A stretch of 64,000 nt of DNA from Polyangiaceae bacterium (GCA_044222475.1 JBGANF010000035.1:1-64000), one strand, 5' to 3'. Shown: positions 31,947-43,785, counted from the stretch's first letter. Notes: a model not told the origin generated them from the letters alone. Made by a program: numbers and translations.

Positions 31947-32990
31947 TCACGGGCGGAGCATCGCGAGCACCCGCGCAAAATCCTCCGGCACCGGCTCTTC
32001 GAAGCGCATCTCTTGTCCCGTTTTGGGATGAACGAACCCGAGCTCCGCGGCGTGCAGCATGAGTCGCGGCGCCGGGATCTCCGGTGCGCCCGCCTTCCGC
32101 GCTTGCCGGTTGTAGACTCGCTCGCCCACGATGGGATGACCCGCTTCGCTCAGGTGGATGCGGATCTGATGTGTCCGGCCCGTCTCCAGCTTGCACGCGA
32201 CGAGCGTCGCGCCCTCGAGCGCCTCGAGCGGCTCGACGTGGGTGATCGCGAGCCGCGCCGACGGCGGCACGTGGGGTCCCTTGAACGATCCGCGCAACCC
32301 GTCGCCTCGGTTCTCGATCAGGTGACTGCGGTACGTGGTCTTCCGCACGACGCCGTGCGCGATCGCGAGGTACCGCCGATGCACGGTGTGGTCGCGGAAC
32401 TGCGCACCGAGGCTCTGCTTCGCGAGCCACGACCGCGTGAACACGACGAGCCCGCTCGTCTCCTTGTCGATACGGTGCACCACCCCGAGCGGGGCCGCGC
32501 CGCTGCGAGCCTTCGCGGTGCGACCGAGGAACGTGCGCACCTGCTCGTCGAGGGTGGTGGTCTCGGTGCCGTCGTACGGAACGGTGCTGAGCCCGGGCGG
32601 CTTCCGGACCACGATCACGTGCGCGTCGAAGAAGACGACGGCGCTCTCGGGCAACCCTCCGCCGCCTTTGGCCACCTTGCGCGCGGCGAGGTTCAGGCGA
32701 AGCAGGTCCCCCACGTTCACGCGGGCCAGGGGGTCCGTGACGACCTCGCCACCGACCGATACCTTCCCGGTACGGACCCACTCGCGCGCGTTGCCCCAGC
32801 TCAGGGCGAACGCCTCGCGGACCGCCCCGTCGAGCGGGCCCTGCCGCGCGCTAGGCCGCTCTTCTCCGGTTATCGAAGGGGATATCGAAGCCGGAGCCGA
32901 AGCCGGCAAGAAGGGGCCCCCGGGAGGCCCAGCGCGATTTTCCTTCGATCTCTTCACCATTCCTGCCTTCTTGGGTACCCTGGGAGCCAC
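31947..32990 (-). CDS. RluA/RluD-family pseudouridine synthase
   Basis: S4-like domain, RKPPGL, VHRIDKETSG, LETGRTHQIRIH, LMLHAAELGFVHP; exact start uncertain. Confidence 0.92.
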   Translation of the reverse strand: MAPRVPKKAGMVKRSKENRAGPPGGPFLPASAPASISPSITGEERPSARQGPLDGAVREAFALSWGNAREWVRTGKVSVGGEVVTDPLARVNVGDLLRLNLAARKVAKGGGGLPESAVVFFDAHVIVVRKPPGLSTVPYDGTETTTLDEQVRTFLGRTAKARSGAAPLGVVHRIDKETSGLVVFTRSWLAKQSLGAQFRDHTVHRRYLAIAHGVVRKTTYRSHLIENRGDGLRGSFKGPHVPPSARLAITHVEPLEALEGATLVACKLETGRTHQIRIHLSEAGHPIVGERVYNRQARKAGAPEIPAPRLMLHAAELGFVHPKTGQEMRFEEPVPEDFARVLAMLRP

Positions 32991-33043
32991 TTGGAGCCGC
33001 GGACCATCAAAGAGGTCCGCCCATCCTTCAGGAGACGAGGCCC

Positions 33044-33943
33044 GTGCCGAAGAATCTACTCGCCGTCGACGACAGCACCACGATGCGCAAGGTACTGGAG
33101 ATCACCTTCAGCGGTGAGGACTTCCAGGTCAGTGGCGCAGCGGACCGCGCCGGTTGCATGGCGAAGCTGGGAGAGCACCCGAGCGTCGTCGTCATCGACA
33201 CGTCGCTCGAGGGCGACGATGGCTACGCGATCTGCCGCGAAGTGCGGGGCAAAGTCCCGCGCGCCGTCATCGTGATGATGGCGAGCCGCTACAACCCGTA
33301 CGACGCCGCCAAGGGCAAGGACGCAGGCGCCGACGACTACGTCGACAAGCCGTTCGACACGCAGCAGATGATCGACAAGGTCAAGAAGCTGCTCGCCGCG
33401 AAGGAGTCCGCGCCGGAGGCCGCCGCGCCGCCGATCGCAGCCGCGCCGCCCGTCGCTGCCGCGCCGATGCGCGCTCCGTCGCCCGCCGCGCCGCCCGTCG
33501 CCGCGCGCCCGGTCGCGTCGCCGCCGAGCCCGCCCGTCGCGCCGGCGCCGCCGAAGCCCTTCACGCCCGGCGCCGCTCCCGCGCGCTCCGGCACGCTCAT
33601 GTTCTCGGTCGACGGCCCGCCGATGCCGGCCCCGCCGCAGACCTCGTCGACGGCGCAGACCGCTGCTCCGCCGCCCGCGCCGCTCGCGCCGCCGGTTCGC
33701 CAGCCCGAGCCGCCGGCCGCCGCTGCCGCACCGCCGGCGGCGCCCACGCCGCCCGCTGCTGCCGCTGCCGTCAACGGACACATGGCGCCGAAGCTCGCCG
33801 CGATGGGCCTGTCCCCCGCGCAAGCCGAGGCAGTCATGGCGCTCTCGCGCGAGGTCGTCGAGCGCGTCGTGTGGGAGGTCGTCCCGCAGCTCGCCGAAGC
33901 GATGATCAAGGAAGAGATCGCGCGCCTGACCAAAGAAGGCTGA
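33044..33943 (+). CDS. romR: Polarity response regulator RomR
   Basis: MPKNLLAVDDS receiver, Pro/Ala-rich linker, conserved C-terminal SREVVERVVWEVVPQLAEAMIKEEIARL; directly upstream of valS as in other myxobacteria. Confidence 0.85.
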   Translation: MPKNLLAVDDSTTMRKVLEITFSGEDFQVSGAADRAGCMAKLGEHPSVVVIDTSLEGDDGYAICREVRGKVPRAVIVMMASRYNPYDAAKGKDAGADDYVDKPFDTQQMIDKVKKLLAAKESAPEAAAPPIAAAPPVAAAPMRAPSPAAPPVAARPVASPPSPPVAPAPPKPFTPGAAPARSGTLMFSVDGPPMPAPPQTSSTAQTAAPPPAPLAPPVRQPEPPAAAAAPPAAPTPPAAAAAVNGHMAPKLAAMGLSPAQAEAVMALSREVVERVVWEVVPQLAEAMIKEEIARLTKEG

Positions 33944-33956
33944 GAGGCACTGACGC

Positions 33957-34232
33957 TCTGGTGACCGGGGCCGTTGGGGGCGGGCCCCCAACCGAGAAGC
34001 TCCCGTAGGGAGCTTCGAAATCACGGGCGCGGCGAACGCTGACCAGCAGTCTGGTGACCGGGGCCGTTGGGGGCGGGCCCCCAACCGAGAAAGCTCTCCG
34101 GCTTCCGCCGGAGAGTTTCGAGTCTCTCCGTGGGGGTGGTTGGGGGCGGGCCCCCAACCGAGAAAGCTCTCCGGCTTCCGCCGGAGAGTTTCGAGTCTCT
34201 CCGTGGGGGTGTCGGGGGCGAAGCCCCTGACG
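33957..34232. repeat. Palindromic repeat array (REP/BIME-like) between romR and valS
   Basis: GTTGGGGG-CGGG-CCCCCAAC at 33973, 34066 and 34139; perfect 73-bp tandem duplication 34066-34138/34139-34211; TCTGGTGACCGGGGCC at 33957 and 34050. Confidence 0.9.
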
Positions 34233-34279
34233 TTGGGGCTCTGTCCGGAAATCGCAGCGCCGAAGCTCTGTGATAGGAG

Positions 34280-37135
34280 ATGGCCATCATGTCCGAGGCG
34301 CCCGATCTCCCGAAACCCGATCTGACCAAGCCCTACGACCCGACCGCGGTCGAAGGCCGTTGGTACGAACACTGGGAGAAGCACGGCGTCTTCGAGGCGA
34401 CCGACGACGCGAGCGATCCCCGACCGTCGTACGTGATCCCGATGCCGCCGCCGAACGTCACCGGCAGCCTGCACATGGGCCACGCGCAGCGCTGCACGCT
34501 CGAAGACGCGCTGACCCGCTGGCACCGCATGCGCGGGGACAACGTCCTCTGGCAGCCCGGGATCGATCACGCCGGCATCGCGACGCAGACCGTGGTCGAG
34601 CGCCTCCTCCTCCGTGAGGGCAAGACCCGGCACGATCTCGGGCGCGAGAAATTCCTCGAGCGCGTGTGGGCTTGGAAGAACGAGAGCGGCGGCCGCATCG
34701 CGCTGCAACAGCGCGTGCTCGGCGCGAGCCCCGACTGGCGGCGCTCGAAGTTCACGATGGACGAGAGCATGAGCGTCGCCGTGACCGAGGCGTTCGTGCG
34801 CCTCCACGAGCAAGGCCTCATGTACCGCGCGACGCGCCTCATCAACTGGTGCCCCGAGTGTCGCACCGCGCTGTCCGACCTCGAGGTCGAGAACGAAGAG
34901 GGCGCGAACGGCGAGCTCTACGAGTTCGCGTACAAGGTCCAAGGATCCGACGAGGAGCTCGTCGTGGCGACGACGCGGCCCGAGACGATGCTGGGCGACA
35001 CGGCGGTCGCGGTGCACCCGGAAGATGCAAGATACAAGCATCTCCACGGCAAGAAGCTCGTGCACCCCTTCGTCGATCGGCTCGTGCCGGTGATCACCGA
35101 CGCCGTGCTCGTCGACCCGAAGTTCGGCACCGGCGCGGTGAAGGTGACGCCCGCGCACGACTTCAACGACTTCGCGACGGGCAAGCGTCACGGCCTCGAA
35201 GAGATCAGCATCTTCGCGCTCGACGGCACGGTGAACGAGAACGGCGGCCAGTTCGCCGGCCTCGATCGCAAGCGCGCGCGGACGGCGGTGAAGAAGGCCC
35301 TCGACGAGAAGGGCCTCGCCCGCGGAGCGAAGCCGCACGTGCTCACCCTGCCCCGCTGCCAGCGCTCGGGTGGCGTCGTCGAGCCGATGATCTCGACGCA
35401 GTGGTTCCTGAAGATGAAGGGCATGGCGGACCGCGCGCTCGAGGCCGTCCACTCCGGCCGGATCGAGATCATCCCCGCGAGCTGGGTGAAGACCTACGAT
35501 CACTTCCTCGAGAACATCCAGGACTGGTGCGTGTCGCGCCAGCTCTGGTGGGGCCATCAGATCCCGGCGTGGCACGGGCCGAACGGCGAGATCCGCGTGG
35601 CGCGCACGCGTCCGCCGGAGTGCACCGAGGCCGCGGGGTGGACTCAAGACCCCGACGTGCTCGACACGTGGTTCTCGAGCGCGCTCTGGCCGTTCGCGAC
35701 CCTCGGTTGGCCGCAGGCGACGCCCGCGCTCGCGAAGTTCTATCCGACCAACCCGAAGCAGACGAGCGATCTCGAGACCGGGTACGACATCCTGTTCTTC
35801 TGGGTGGCACGGATGATCATGTTCGGCCTCCATTTCACCGACGAGGTGCCGTTCCGCCGCGTGCTCCTCAGCGGCCTCATCGTGGACGAGACCGGCGAGA
35901 AGATGAGCAAGGTGAAGGGGAACGTGATCGATCCCCTCGATCTCATCCAAGGGACGTCGTTCGCCGACATGGTGGCGAAGACCGCCGCCGGCGCTCCGGC
36001 CGACGAGGCGCTCACCAAGTTCAAGAAGGCGTACCCCTCGGCGGCGCAGATGGGTCAGGGGTTCCCCGCGTTCGGCACCGATGCGGTTCGCCTCACGCTC
36101 GCCTCGTACCCGCCGAGCAACATGCGCATCGCGCTCGCGCCGAAGCGGATCGAAGGCAACCGTCACTTCATCAACAAGGTGTGGAACGCGACGCGCCTCG
36201 TGCTCGAGCTCCTGGACGATTGGAAGCGGCCCTCCCCCGCCGTACCCCAACCGACCGAGCACGCGAGCCGATGGCTCCTCTCGAAGCTCGCCCGCGCGGC
36301 GAAGATCGCGTCGGCCGGGATCGAAGGGTTCCGCGTCGACGAGACCACCGCGGAGCTCTACCGCTTCTTCTGGTACGACTTCTGCGACTGGTACCTCGAG
36401 ATCGCGAAGACGATCCTCCGCAAGGACGACCAGGGCAACGTCCCCCGCCCCGACGTGGCCGAGGAGACGCGCGCCGTCCTCGCGCACGTGCTCGACGCGT
36501 GCCTCCGGCTCATGCACCCGCTCATCCCGTTCGTGACCGAGGAGCTGTGGCAGCGGCTGCCTCGCGCCTACGATCCCGGGAAGTCCATCGCGCTCGCGAA
36601 GTACCCCGAACCCGACGAGGGTCGCCTCGACGAGACGATCGAGAAGGAGTTCGCCCTCCTCCAGTCGGTGATCTCCGCCGTGCGTACCATCCGCAGCGAG
36701 CACGGAGTGGAGTGGCGCAAGCCGATCAGCGTCCGACTGCGCGCCGAGAGCCCGTCCACCCGCGCCTTGCTGGAGGGCAAGCTCGCGATCGTGTCCCACC
36801 TCGTGAACTCGGCGGGTGCTCCGGTGGTCGAAGCGCCGGGCGGCCCTCGCGAAGCCGGCACCGCTGCCGACGTGGTCCCGACCGACGCCGGGCCCATCGA
36901 GATTCTGGTCGGGCTCAAGGGCCTCGTCACCCGCGAGGACGAGCTCGCGCGCATCGACCGCGAGCTCAAGCGGATCGACAAGGACCTCGCGTCGATCGAG
37001 AAGAAGCTCTCGTCGAAGGGGTTCACGGACCGCGCGCCGAAAGAGGTCGTCGAAGAAGCGCTCGGACAGAAGAAGAGCTTCGAAGAGGCCAAGGCTCGCC
37101 TCTCGGCGTCGCGCGCGCTCGCCGAGGAGCTTTGA
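34280..37135 (+). CDS. valS: Valine--tRNA ligase
   Basis: PPPNVTGSLHMGH, DHAGIATQ, TTRPET, DWCVSRQLWWGH, DVLDTWFSS, KMSK; C-terminal coiled coil. Confidence 0.98.
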   Translation: MAIMSEAPDLPKPDLTKPYDPTAVEGRWYEHWEKHGVFEATDDASDPRPSYVIPMPPPNVTGSLHMGHAQRCTLEDALTRWHRMRGDNVLWQPGIDHAGIATQTVVERLLLREGKTRHDLGREKFLERVWAWKNESGGRIALQQRVLGASPDWRRSKFTMDESMSVAVTEAFVRLHEQGLMYRATRLINWCPECRTALSDLEVENEEGANGELYEFAYKVQGSDEELVVATTRPETMLGDTAVAVHPEDARYKHLHGKKLVHPFVDRLVPVITDAVLVDPKFGTGAVKVTPAHDFNDFATGKRHGLEEISIFALDGTVNENGGQFAGLDRKRARTAVKKALDEKGLARGAKPHVLTLPRCQRSGGVVEPMISTQWFLKMKGMADRALEAVHSGRIEIIPASWVKTYDHFLENIQDWCVSRQLWWGHQIPAWHGPNGEIRVARTRPPECTEAAGWTQDPDVLDTWFSSALWPFATLGWPQATPALAKFYPTNPKQTSDLETGYDILFFWVARMIMFGLHFTDEVPFRRVLLSGLIVDETGEKMSKVKGNVIDPLDLIQGTSFADMVAKTAAGAPADEALTKFKKAYPSAAQMGQGFPAFGTDAVRLTLASYPPSNMRIALAPKRIEGNRHFINKVWNATRLVLELLDDWKRPSPAVPQPTEHASRWLLSKLARAAKIASAGIEGFRVDETTAELYRFFWYDFCDWYLEIAKTILRKDDQGNVPRPDVAEETRAVLAHVLDACLRLMHPLIPFVTEELWQRLPRAYDPGKSIALAKYPEPDEGRLDETIEKEFALLQSVISAVRTIRSEHGVEWRKPISVRLRAESPSTRALLEGKLAIVSHLVNSAGAPVVEAPGGPREAGTAADVVPTDAGPIEILVGLKGLVTREDELARIDRELKRIDKDLASIEKKLSSKGFTDRAPKEVVEEALGQKKSFEEAKARLSASRALAEEL

Positions 37136-38616
37136 GCGAGCTCCTCGACGCCCGAGAGCGCGCCGCGCTCGAGGCGACGATCGCGTGGCTGCGCAAGCAG
37201 CCGAGCGTCCGTCACGCCGAGGTGCGGTTCGTCGCCGAGCGTGGGGAGAAGCTGCGCGTCCGCGACGGACGCCCCGAGCAGGTGACGAGCTCTCGCTCCC
37301 GCGGCGTCGGCGTTCGCGTCCTGGGCGAGCGCACGTGGGGGTTCGCGTGCACCCCCAGCGTCGACGAAGGCGCGCTCGTCGCCACCGCCGAGCGCGCCGT
37401 GCGCATCGCCGCTGCGGCGAGCAAGACTGCCCGAAGCGCGACGCCGTTCCCGGAGCGATCCGCGCTCCGGGGCGACTACGCGACGCCGCTGCGCATCGAT
37501 CCGTTCGCCGTGCCGCTCGAAGAGAAGCTCGCCGCGCTCGACGCGCCGGTCCGCGCGCTCCTCGGCGGCGGCGCACCGGTCACGTCGGCCGAGGCGTGGA
37601 TGGAGTGGACCCGGCAGGACAAGGTCCTCCTGACGACCGACGGCAGCGACCTCCGCCAGTCGTTCACCTACGGTGCGTGCGGGATGCAAGCGTTCGCGAG
37701 CGCCGGCGCGATGTCGCAGAAGCGAAGCTACCCGACGTGGCAAGGCAACGAGGGCTTCCAGGGCGGCTACGAGCGCATCGCGGAGCTCGATCTCGTGGGC
37801 TCCGCGCCCCGCCTCCGAGAAGAGCTCGTGGATCTCCTCTCCGCCCCGCCGTGCCCCGCGGGCGAGCGCGATCTCATCCTCGACGCGGGCCAGATGGCGC
37901 TCCAGATCCACGAGTCGTGCGGTCACCCGACCGAGCTCGACCGCGCCCTCGGCAGCGAGGTGTCGCTCGCCGGCGGCTCGTTCCTCCAACCCGACATGCT
38001 CGGGAGCTTTCGCTACGGCTCCGACCTCGTGAACCTGGTCGCCGACGCGACCGCTCCGGGTGCGCTCGGCACTTTCGGCTGGGACGACGAAGGGACGCCG
38101 GCTGGCACCCGCCCCCTCGTCGAGCGCGGAATGTTCGTCGACTACCTCTCGAGCCGATCGACCGCCGCCACGCTCGGACGCGAGTCGACCGGCACGATGC
38201 GCGCGGAGAGCTGGAACCGAACGCCGCTCATCCGCATGGTCAACGTGTCGCTCCAGCCCTCGGCGTCGGGCACGCTCGAAGATCTCGTGGCCGACACCAA
38301 GGACGGCATCCTCGTCACGACCGACAAGAGCTGGTCGATCGACGACCAACGGCTCGACTTTCAGTTCTCCCTCGAGCTCGCGTGGGAGATCAAGAACGGC
38401 AAGCGCACCCGTCTCCTCCGCGATCCGTTCTACTCCGGCTCGACCCCGCGCTTCTGGGCGAGCTGCGACGCGATCTGCGGGCCCGACGAGTTCCGCATGT
38501 TCGGCGTGAACTCGTGCGGCAAGGGAGATCCGATTCAGCTCATGCACGTGGGCCACGGCTCCTCGCCCGCGCGGTTCCGCAAGGTTCGGATCGGCAACAC
38601 CGGAGGCGGACGGTGA
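37132..38616 (+). CDS. TldD/PmbA family metalloprotease (second TldD-type subunit)
   Basis: IHESCGHPTELDR (HExxxH), RMVN, SCGKG; TTG start overlaps the valS stop. Confidence 0.88.
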   Translation: MSELLDARERAALEATIAWLRKQPSVRHAEVRFVAERGEKLRVRDGRPEQVTSSRSRGVGVRVLGERTWGFACTPSVDEGALVATAERAVRIAAAASKTARSATPFPERSALRGDYATPLRIDPFAVPLEEKLAALDAPVRALLGGGAPVTSAEAWMEWTRQDKVLLTTDGSDLRQSFTYGACGMQAFASAGAMSQKRSYPTWQGNEGFQGGYERIAELDLVGSAPRLREELVDLLSAPPCPAGERDLILDAGQMALQIHESCGHPTELDRALGSEVSLAGGSFLQPDMLGSFRYGSDLVNLVADATAPGALGTFGWDDEGTPAGTRPLVERGMFVDYLSSRSTAATLGRESTGTMRAESWNRTPLIRMVNVSLQPSASGTLEDLVADTKDGILVTTDKSWSIDDQRLDFQFSLELAWEIKNGKRTRLLRDPFYSGSTPRFWASCDAICGPDEFRMFGVNSCGKGDPIQLMHVGHGSSPARFRKVRIGNTGGGR

Positions 38617-39980
38617 GCGACGAAGCGATCGACTTGCTTGCATTATGCAAGGAATCGCTCGACCGAGCCGGCGTCGCCGACGTCGAGCTCGTCGCGCGCC
38701 GCAAGGTCCGCGGCGCGGCGCGGTTCTCGAGCGGGGCCCTCGATCAACACATGGCGCTCGACGAGCCCAGCGTCGTCGCGCGCGTGGCCCGCGGACGACG
38801 CATCGCCGAAGCCCAAGGGACGACGCTGGAGCCTCGCGCCATCGCCGACGTCATCGCCGAAGCCGAGCGGGCGGCGGCGTTCGTCCCCGAGACCGAGAGC
38901 TTCGCCGGTTTCGCCGGCGTCGGTGAGCCCCACGCGACGCCGCCTCGCTTCGCCGACTCGACGGCTCTCCTCTCGGACGAAGAGCGCACCGAGCTCCTCC
39001 GCCCGACGCTCGAGACCATCGAGCGCGCCGGGCTCGTCGCCGCCGGACTGCTCGAGACGATCACCTCGGCGATCGCCGTGGTGACGACGGCCGGTTGCGA
39101 GCGGTCCCACCGTGGGACGTCGGCGAACTTCAAGGTCTGGGCCACCGAGACCGCGGGCGCGCGAGGTGCGTCGGGCGTCGGGGGGCACCTCCACCGTGAC
39201 GTCCGCGCGCTCCGCATCGAGCAAGAGACGGCGCGCGCGGTCGAGCGCTGCCTCCGCGGCAAGGATCCCATCGAGCTCGATCAGGGCACCTACGACGTCG
39301 TCTTCGAGCCGGCTGCCGTGGCCGAGCTCCTCGAGTGGCTCAGCGCGATCGCCTTCGGCGCACCCGAGGTCGAGCAGGGATCGAGCCCGATGCGCCTCGG
39401 CGAGCGCATCACCGGAGAGGCGATCTCGATCGTCGAGGATCCTCTCGACGACGGCGACGCCGGCTTCGCCGCTCCGTTCGACCGCGAGGGAACGCCGCGC
39501 GCGAAGGTCACCCTCGTCGACCGAGGGGTCGCGCGCGCGGTGCTCCACGATCGGACGACGGCATCCCGGTTCGGTACCGCGAGCACCGGCAGCGCGCTCT
39601 TTCCGGACGCGGGGACCTCGGGGATCGGGACGTCCGCGCTCCACCTCGCCGGCGGCGACGCCGACAGCGTCGACGAGCTCCTGCGCGGAATCCGTCGCGG
39701 GCTCTACGTCTGCAAGCTGCACTACGTGAACGGCTTCCTCGAGACACCTCGCGCGGTGATGACCGGCATGTCGCGCGACGGATTCTTCCTCGTCGAAGAC
39801 GGCAAGGTCACGCGGCCGGTGCGAAACCTTCGCTTCACCGAGTCCTTCACCGAAGCGCTCGCCCGGTGCGACGGACGAACGCGCGCGCTCACCGCGGTGC
39901 CGACGTGGTGGTCGGACGGGGGCGCCGTCGCCGCTCCGGCCATCCGCGTCCGCGATTTCGCCTTCCGCGGCGGCGCCTGA
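38613..39980 (+). CDS. TldE/PmbA-type non-catalytic partner subunit
   Basis: YDVVFEP, PFDREG, TGMSRDG..VEDGKV..PVRNLRF; no HExxxH; GTGA overlap with the upstream gene. Confidence 0.85.
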   Translation: MSDEAIDLLALCKESLDRAGVADVELVARRKVRGAARFSSGALDQHMALDEPSVVARVARGRRIAEAQGTTLEPRAIADVIAEAERAAAFVPETESFAGFAGVGEPHATPPRFADSTALLSDEERTELLRPTLETIERAGLVAAGLLETITSAIAVVTTAGCERSHRGTSANFKVWATETAGARGASGVGGHLHRDVRALRIEQETARAVERCLRGKDPIELDQGTYDVVFEPAAVAELLEWLSAIAFGAPEVEQGSSPMRLGERITGEAISIVEDPLDDGDAGFAAPFDREGTPRAKVTLVDRGVARAVLHDRTTASRFGTASTGSALFPDAGTSGIGTSALHLAGGDADSVDELLRGIRRGLYVCKLHYVNGFLETPRAVMTGMSRDGFFLVEDGKVTRPVRNLRFTESFTEALARCDGRTRALTAVPTWWSDGGAVAAPAIRVRDFAFRGGA

Positions 39981-39982
39981 TC

Positions 39983-41521
39983 TCAGCCGGTCAGCCCGGC
40001 CGGCCAGAGCGCGATCCGCTCGCCGAGCTGGGCCACGGTCACCGCCGTCGGCAGCTCGCCGTCGATCCGAACGTGCTCCTCGGCCGAGAGCTCGGTGATC
40101 GGCTCGAAGCTCTTCACGAAGTCGTCGAAGATCGCGAGCCGCCCGTCGGACACGGTCTCGGTCCGAGCTCGCGCGGTGAGGCGAGCGCGGCACACCTCGT
40201 CGGGGACGGCGCACTCGACCAGCAGGAACGGGACTCCACAGGCGCGCGCGAGATCGCGAGCGCGTGCCCTCATCGCCCGCGAGCGGAACGACGCCTCGAC
40301 GACGACCGGCCGCCCGGAGTCGAGCACGACGCGCGCGCGACGCAGCATCTCGTCGTAGACGTGCTCGGTCAGCTCGAGCGCGTACGCGCCGCCCCACGCG
40401 CCGTGGTGCAGCGGGGTCGTCGGCGCCACGTGGACGAGGTGCTTGCGCGTCCGGTCGGCGTCGACCACCGGCGCGCCCATCGCGTGACCGACGGCGTCGG
40501 CGAGGGTCGTCTTCCCCGACGCGATCAAGCCACCGACCGCGACGACGCGCGGACGGAGGACGCTCCGACGCCCGCACGCGAGCGCCAGGAGGAGCATTCG
40601 GCGCGCGACCGCAGCGTCGGCCCGCAGCAGCGCGATCTTCCCGCGCACGCACGCGCGATACGCCTCGTAGAAGTCGACGACCGAGTAGAGATCGAAGTCG
40701 TTCGACGCGCGCGCGTACTGCGCGAGGAACCGCTCCGCGAGATCGACGCGCCCCGCGGCGGCGAGCTCCATGGAGAGGAACGCGACGTCGGCCGCGACGT
40801 CGCCGGCGCGAAAGCGCTCCGAGAACTCGATCGCGTCGAGCAAGCGCACGTCCGCGGCGCGCAGGTACACGTGCTCGAGTCGGAGATCGCCGTGCCCATC
40901 ACGGACCCTGCCCTCGCGGATGCGACGCTCGAAGCGCGCGCCTTCGGCCTCGACGAAGTCGATCTGCCACGCCTCCATCGACCGCGCCTCGTCGGCGGTG
41001 AGCAGATCGCCGAGCCGCTCGTGGATCGTCTCGAAGTTCTCCTTCACGTTCGCGGCGATCGCAGGCGGCGTCGCGTACGCGTCGATCGCATCGCTCCGCC
41101 CCGACGCCTCGTGCAGCTCGGCGACGCGAGCCGCGACGCGTGCCACCTCCGCGTCGCCGAACCTGCCCTCGGCGAGCATGACGTCCGCGCGCTCGTCGTC
41201 GGGCAAGCGCTTCATCCACACGCCGTGCTCGATCACCTCGCCCTCGCCGCCGAGCGCCAGGCTCCCGTCGCCGCGCCGAACGAGGCGCGCGAGCTCCATG
41301 TACACGCCCGGCGCGAAGCGGTCGTTCACCCGCAGCTCCTCCTCGCAGGCGTGCCGTCGCGCCTGCTCGGTGGAGAAGTCCAAGAACCCCAAGCTCACCG
41401 GCTTCTTCACCTTGAGCACGCGCTCGCGGCCGAGGAACACCCACGAGACGTGGGTCTCGACGCGCTCGACGTCGCCCTCTTCCCGGGCGAAGGCCGCGGC
41501 GATCTCGGTGGGGTCGATCAC
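39983..41521 (-). CDS. Aminoglycoside-phosphotransferase-like kinase fused to a P-loop (AAA_33) domain
   Basis: ETHVSWVFL, KVKKPV..FLDFST, DGHGDLR, DAIEF; GGLIASGKTT; start GTG 41521. Confidence 0.88.
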   Translation of the reverse strand: MIDPTEIAAAFAREEGDVERVETHVSWVFLGRERVLKVKKPVSLGFLDFSTEQARRHACEEELRVNDRFAPGVYMELARLVRRGDGSLALGGEGEVIEHGVWMKRLPDDERADVMLAEGRFGDAEVARVAARVAELHEASGRSDAIDAYATPPAIAANVKENFETIHERLGDLLTADEARSMEAWQIDFVEAEGARFERRIREGRVRDGHGDLRLEHVYLRAADVRLLDAIEFSERFRAGDVAADVAFLSMELAAAGRVDLAERFLAQYARASNDFDLYSVVDFYEAYRACVRGKIALLRADAAVARRMLLLALACGRRSVLRPRVVAVGGLIASGKTTLADAVGHAMGAPVVDADRTRKHLVHVAPTTPLHHGAWGGAYALELTEHVYDEMLRRARVVLDSGRPVVVEASFRSRAMRARARDLARACGVPFLLVECAVPDEVCRARLTARARTETVSDGRLAIFDDFVKSFEPITELSAEEHVRIDGELPTAVTVAQLGERIALWPAGLTG

Positions 41522-41667
41522 GATGGGGCGTCCGATGCGAGCGCTGTGCCCGCGGGAGATCGCGGCGGAATCGCAGGCGAACCGCCTTCGGGCGCAACGC
41601 TTGCGCGCGACGCGCGCCACGATTGCGCCTTTCGAATCGCGTGGTCGTTCGGCTAACGTGCGACGTC

Positions 41668-42294
41668 ATGGCCCGCCTCCCTCGGCGAAAGCACATCGCG
41701 GTCGCGGGCACGATCGGCGCCGGCAAGACGTCCCTCGTGAAGTGGCTGGTGAAGCGCTACGAGCTCCAGCCCTTCTACGAGCCCAACGACGAGAACCCCT
41801 ACCTCGCCGACTTCTACGCCGACATGAAGCGGTGGGCGTTCCACTCTCAAGCGTTCTTCCTCGCGCACAAGCTCGAGCTGCACCAGAACCTCGCCGCGTG
41901 CGAAGGGTCGGCGGTGATCGACCGCACCATCTACGAGGACGCCGAGATCTTCGCCAAGAACCTGCGCGCGCAGGGGCACATCAGCGCGCGCGACTGGGCC
42001 GTGTACCTGCGCCTCTACGAAGGCATCAAGCGCGCGCTCCGCCCGCCCGACGTCCTCATCGCGCTCTCGTGCTCGCTCAAGACGTCCAAGAAGCGGATCG
42101 CGAAGCGGGGCCGTGACATGGAGCAAGCGATCCCCGACGCGTACCTCCGAAGGCTCCATCGGCTCTACGAGTCGTGGTTCGACCGCTACGACCTCTCCCC
42201 GATCGTTCGGATCCGGACCGACGAGCTCGACTACGTGGAGAACCTGCTGGACCTCATCGACCTCACCCAGGAGCTCGACCGCGCCCTGCGGTGA
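41668..42294 (+). CDS. Deoxynucleoside kinase
   Basis: GTIGAGKT, ENPYLADFY, DRTIYED, RIAKRGRDME. Confidence 0.92.
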   Translation: MARLPRRKHIAVAGTIGAGKTSLVKWLVKRYELQPFYEPNDENPYLADFYADMKRWAFHSQAFFLAHKLELHQNLAACEGSAVIDRTIYEDAEIFAKNLRAQGHISARDWAVYLRLYEGIKRALRPPDVLIALSCSLKTSKKRIAKRGRDMEQAIPDAYLRRLHRLYESWFDRYDLSPIVRIRTDELDYVENLLDLIDLTQELDRALR

Positions 42295-42305
42295 CCCGGG
42301 GCGGT

Positions 42306-42322
42306 TCGGCACGAACCTCGCA
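42306..42322 (+). promoter_or_regulatory. Candidate sigma-54 (-24/-12) promoter
   Basis: TCGGCACGAACCTCGCA gives GG-N10-GC with a GGCACG core, about 100 nt upstream of the NtrC-family gene. Confidence 0.5.
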
Positions 42323-42420
42323 CTATCTGTCCTCGCGGAAGAACAGCCCCTGAAATTCCGCGTATTTGGCGTGCGCTACCCCGTCCGCCGCGACAGAATG
42401 TCCCACGCAACCGAGGTCTC

Positions 42421-43785
<1,365 letters not shown>

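Noticed and set aside
33957..34232. Possible CRISPR array or T-box leader upstream of valS
   Set aside because: The inter-repeat segments are themselves duplicated and palindromic, spacing is unequal (93 and 73 nt), there are no cas genes, and no T-box UGGNACC antiterminator motif is present.
33056..37576. 1506-aa minus-strand ORF and many other long overlapping ORFs (e.g. 54059-56491, 50814-53606, 61934-63985)
   Set aside because: These are antisense or frame-shifted shadows of well-supported genes. Stop codons are scarce at this GC content, and the translations are Arg/Ala/Gly-rich with no family motifs.
34666..39980. Apparent 1316-aa and 1054-aa fusion ORFs
   Set aside because: The N-terminal parts are off-frame overlaps of valS and tldD. 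The real genes start at TTG 37132 and GTG 38613 with standard 4-nt stop/start overlaps.
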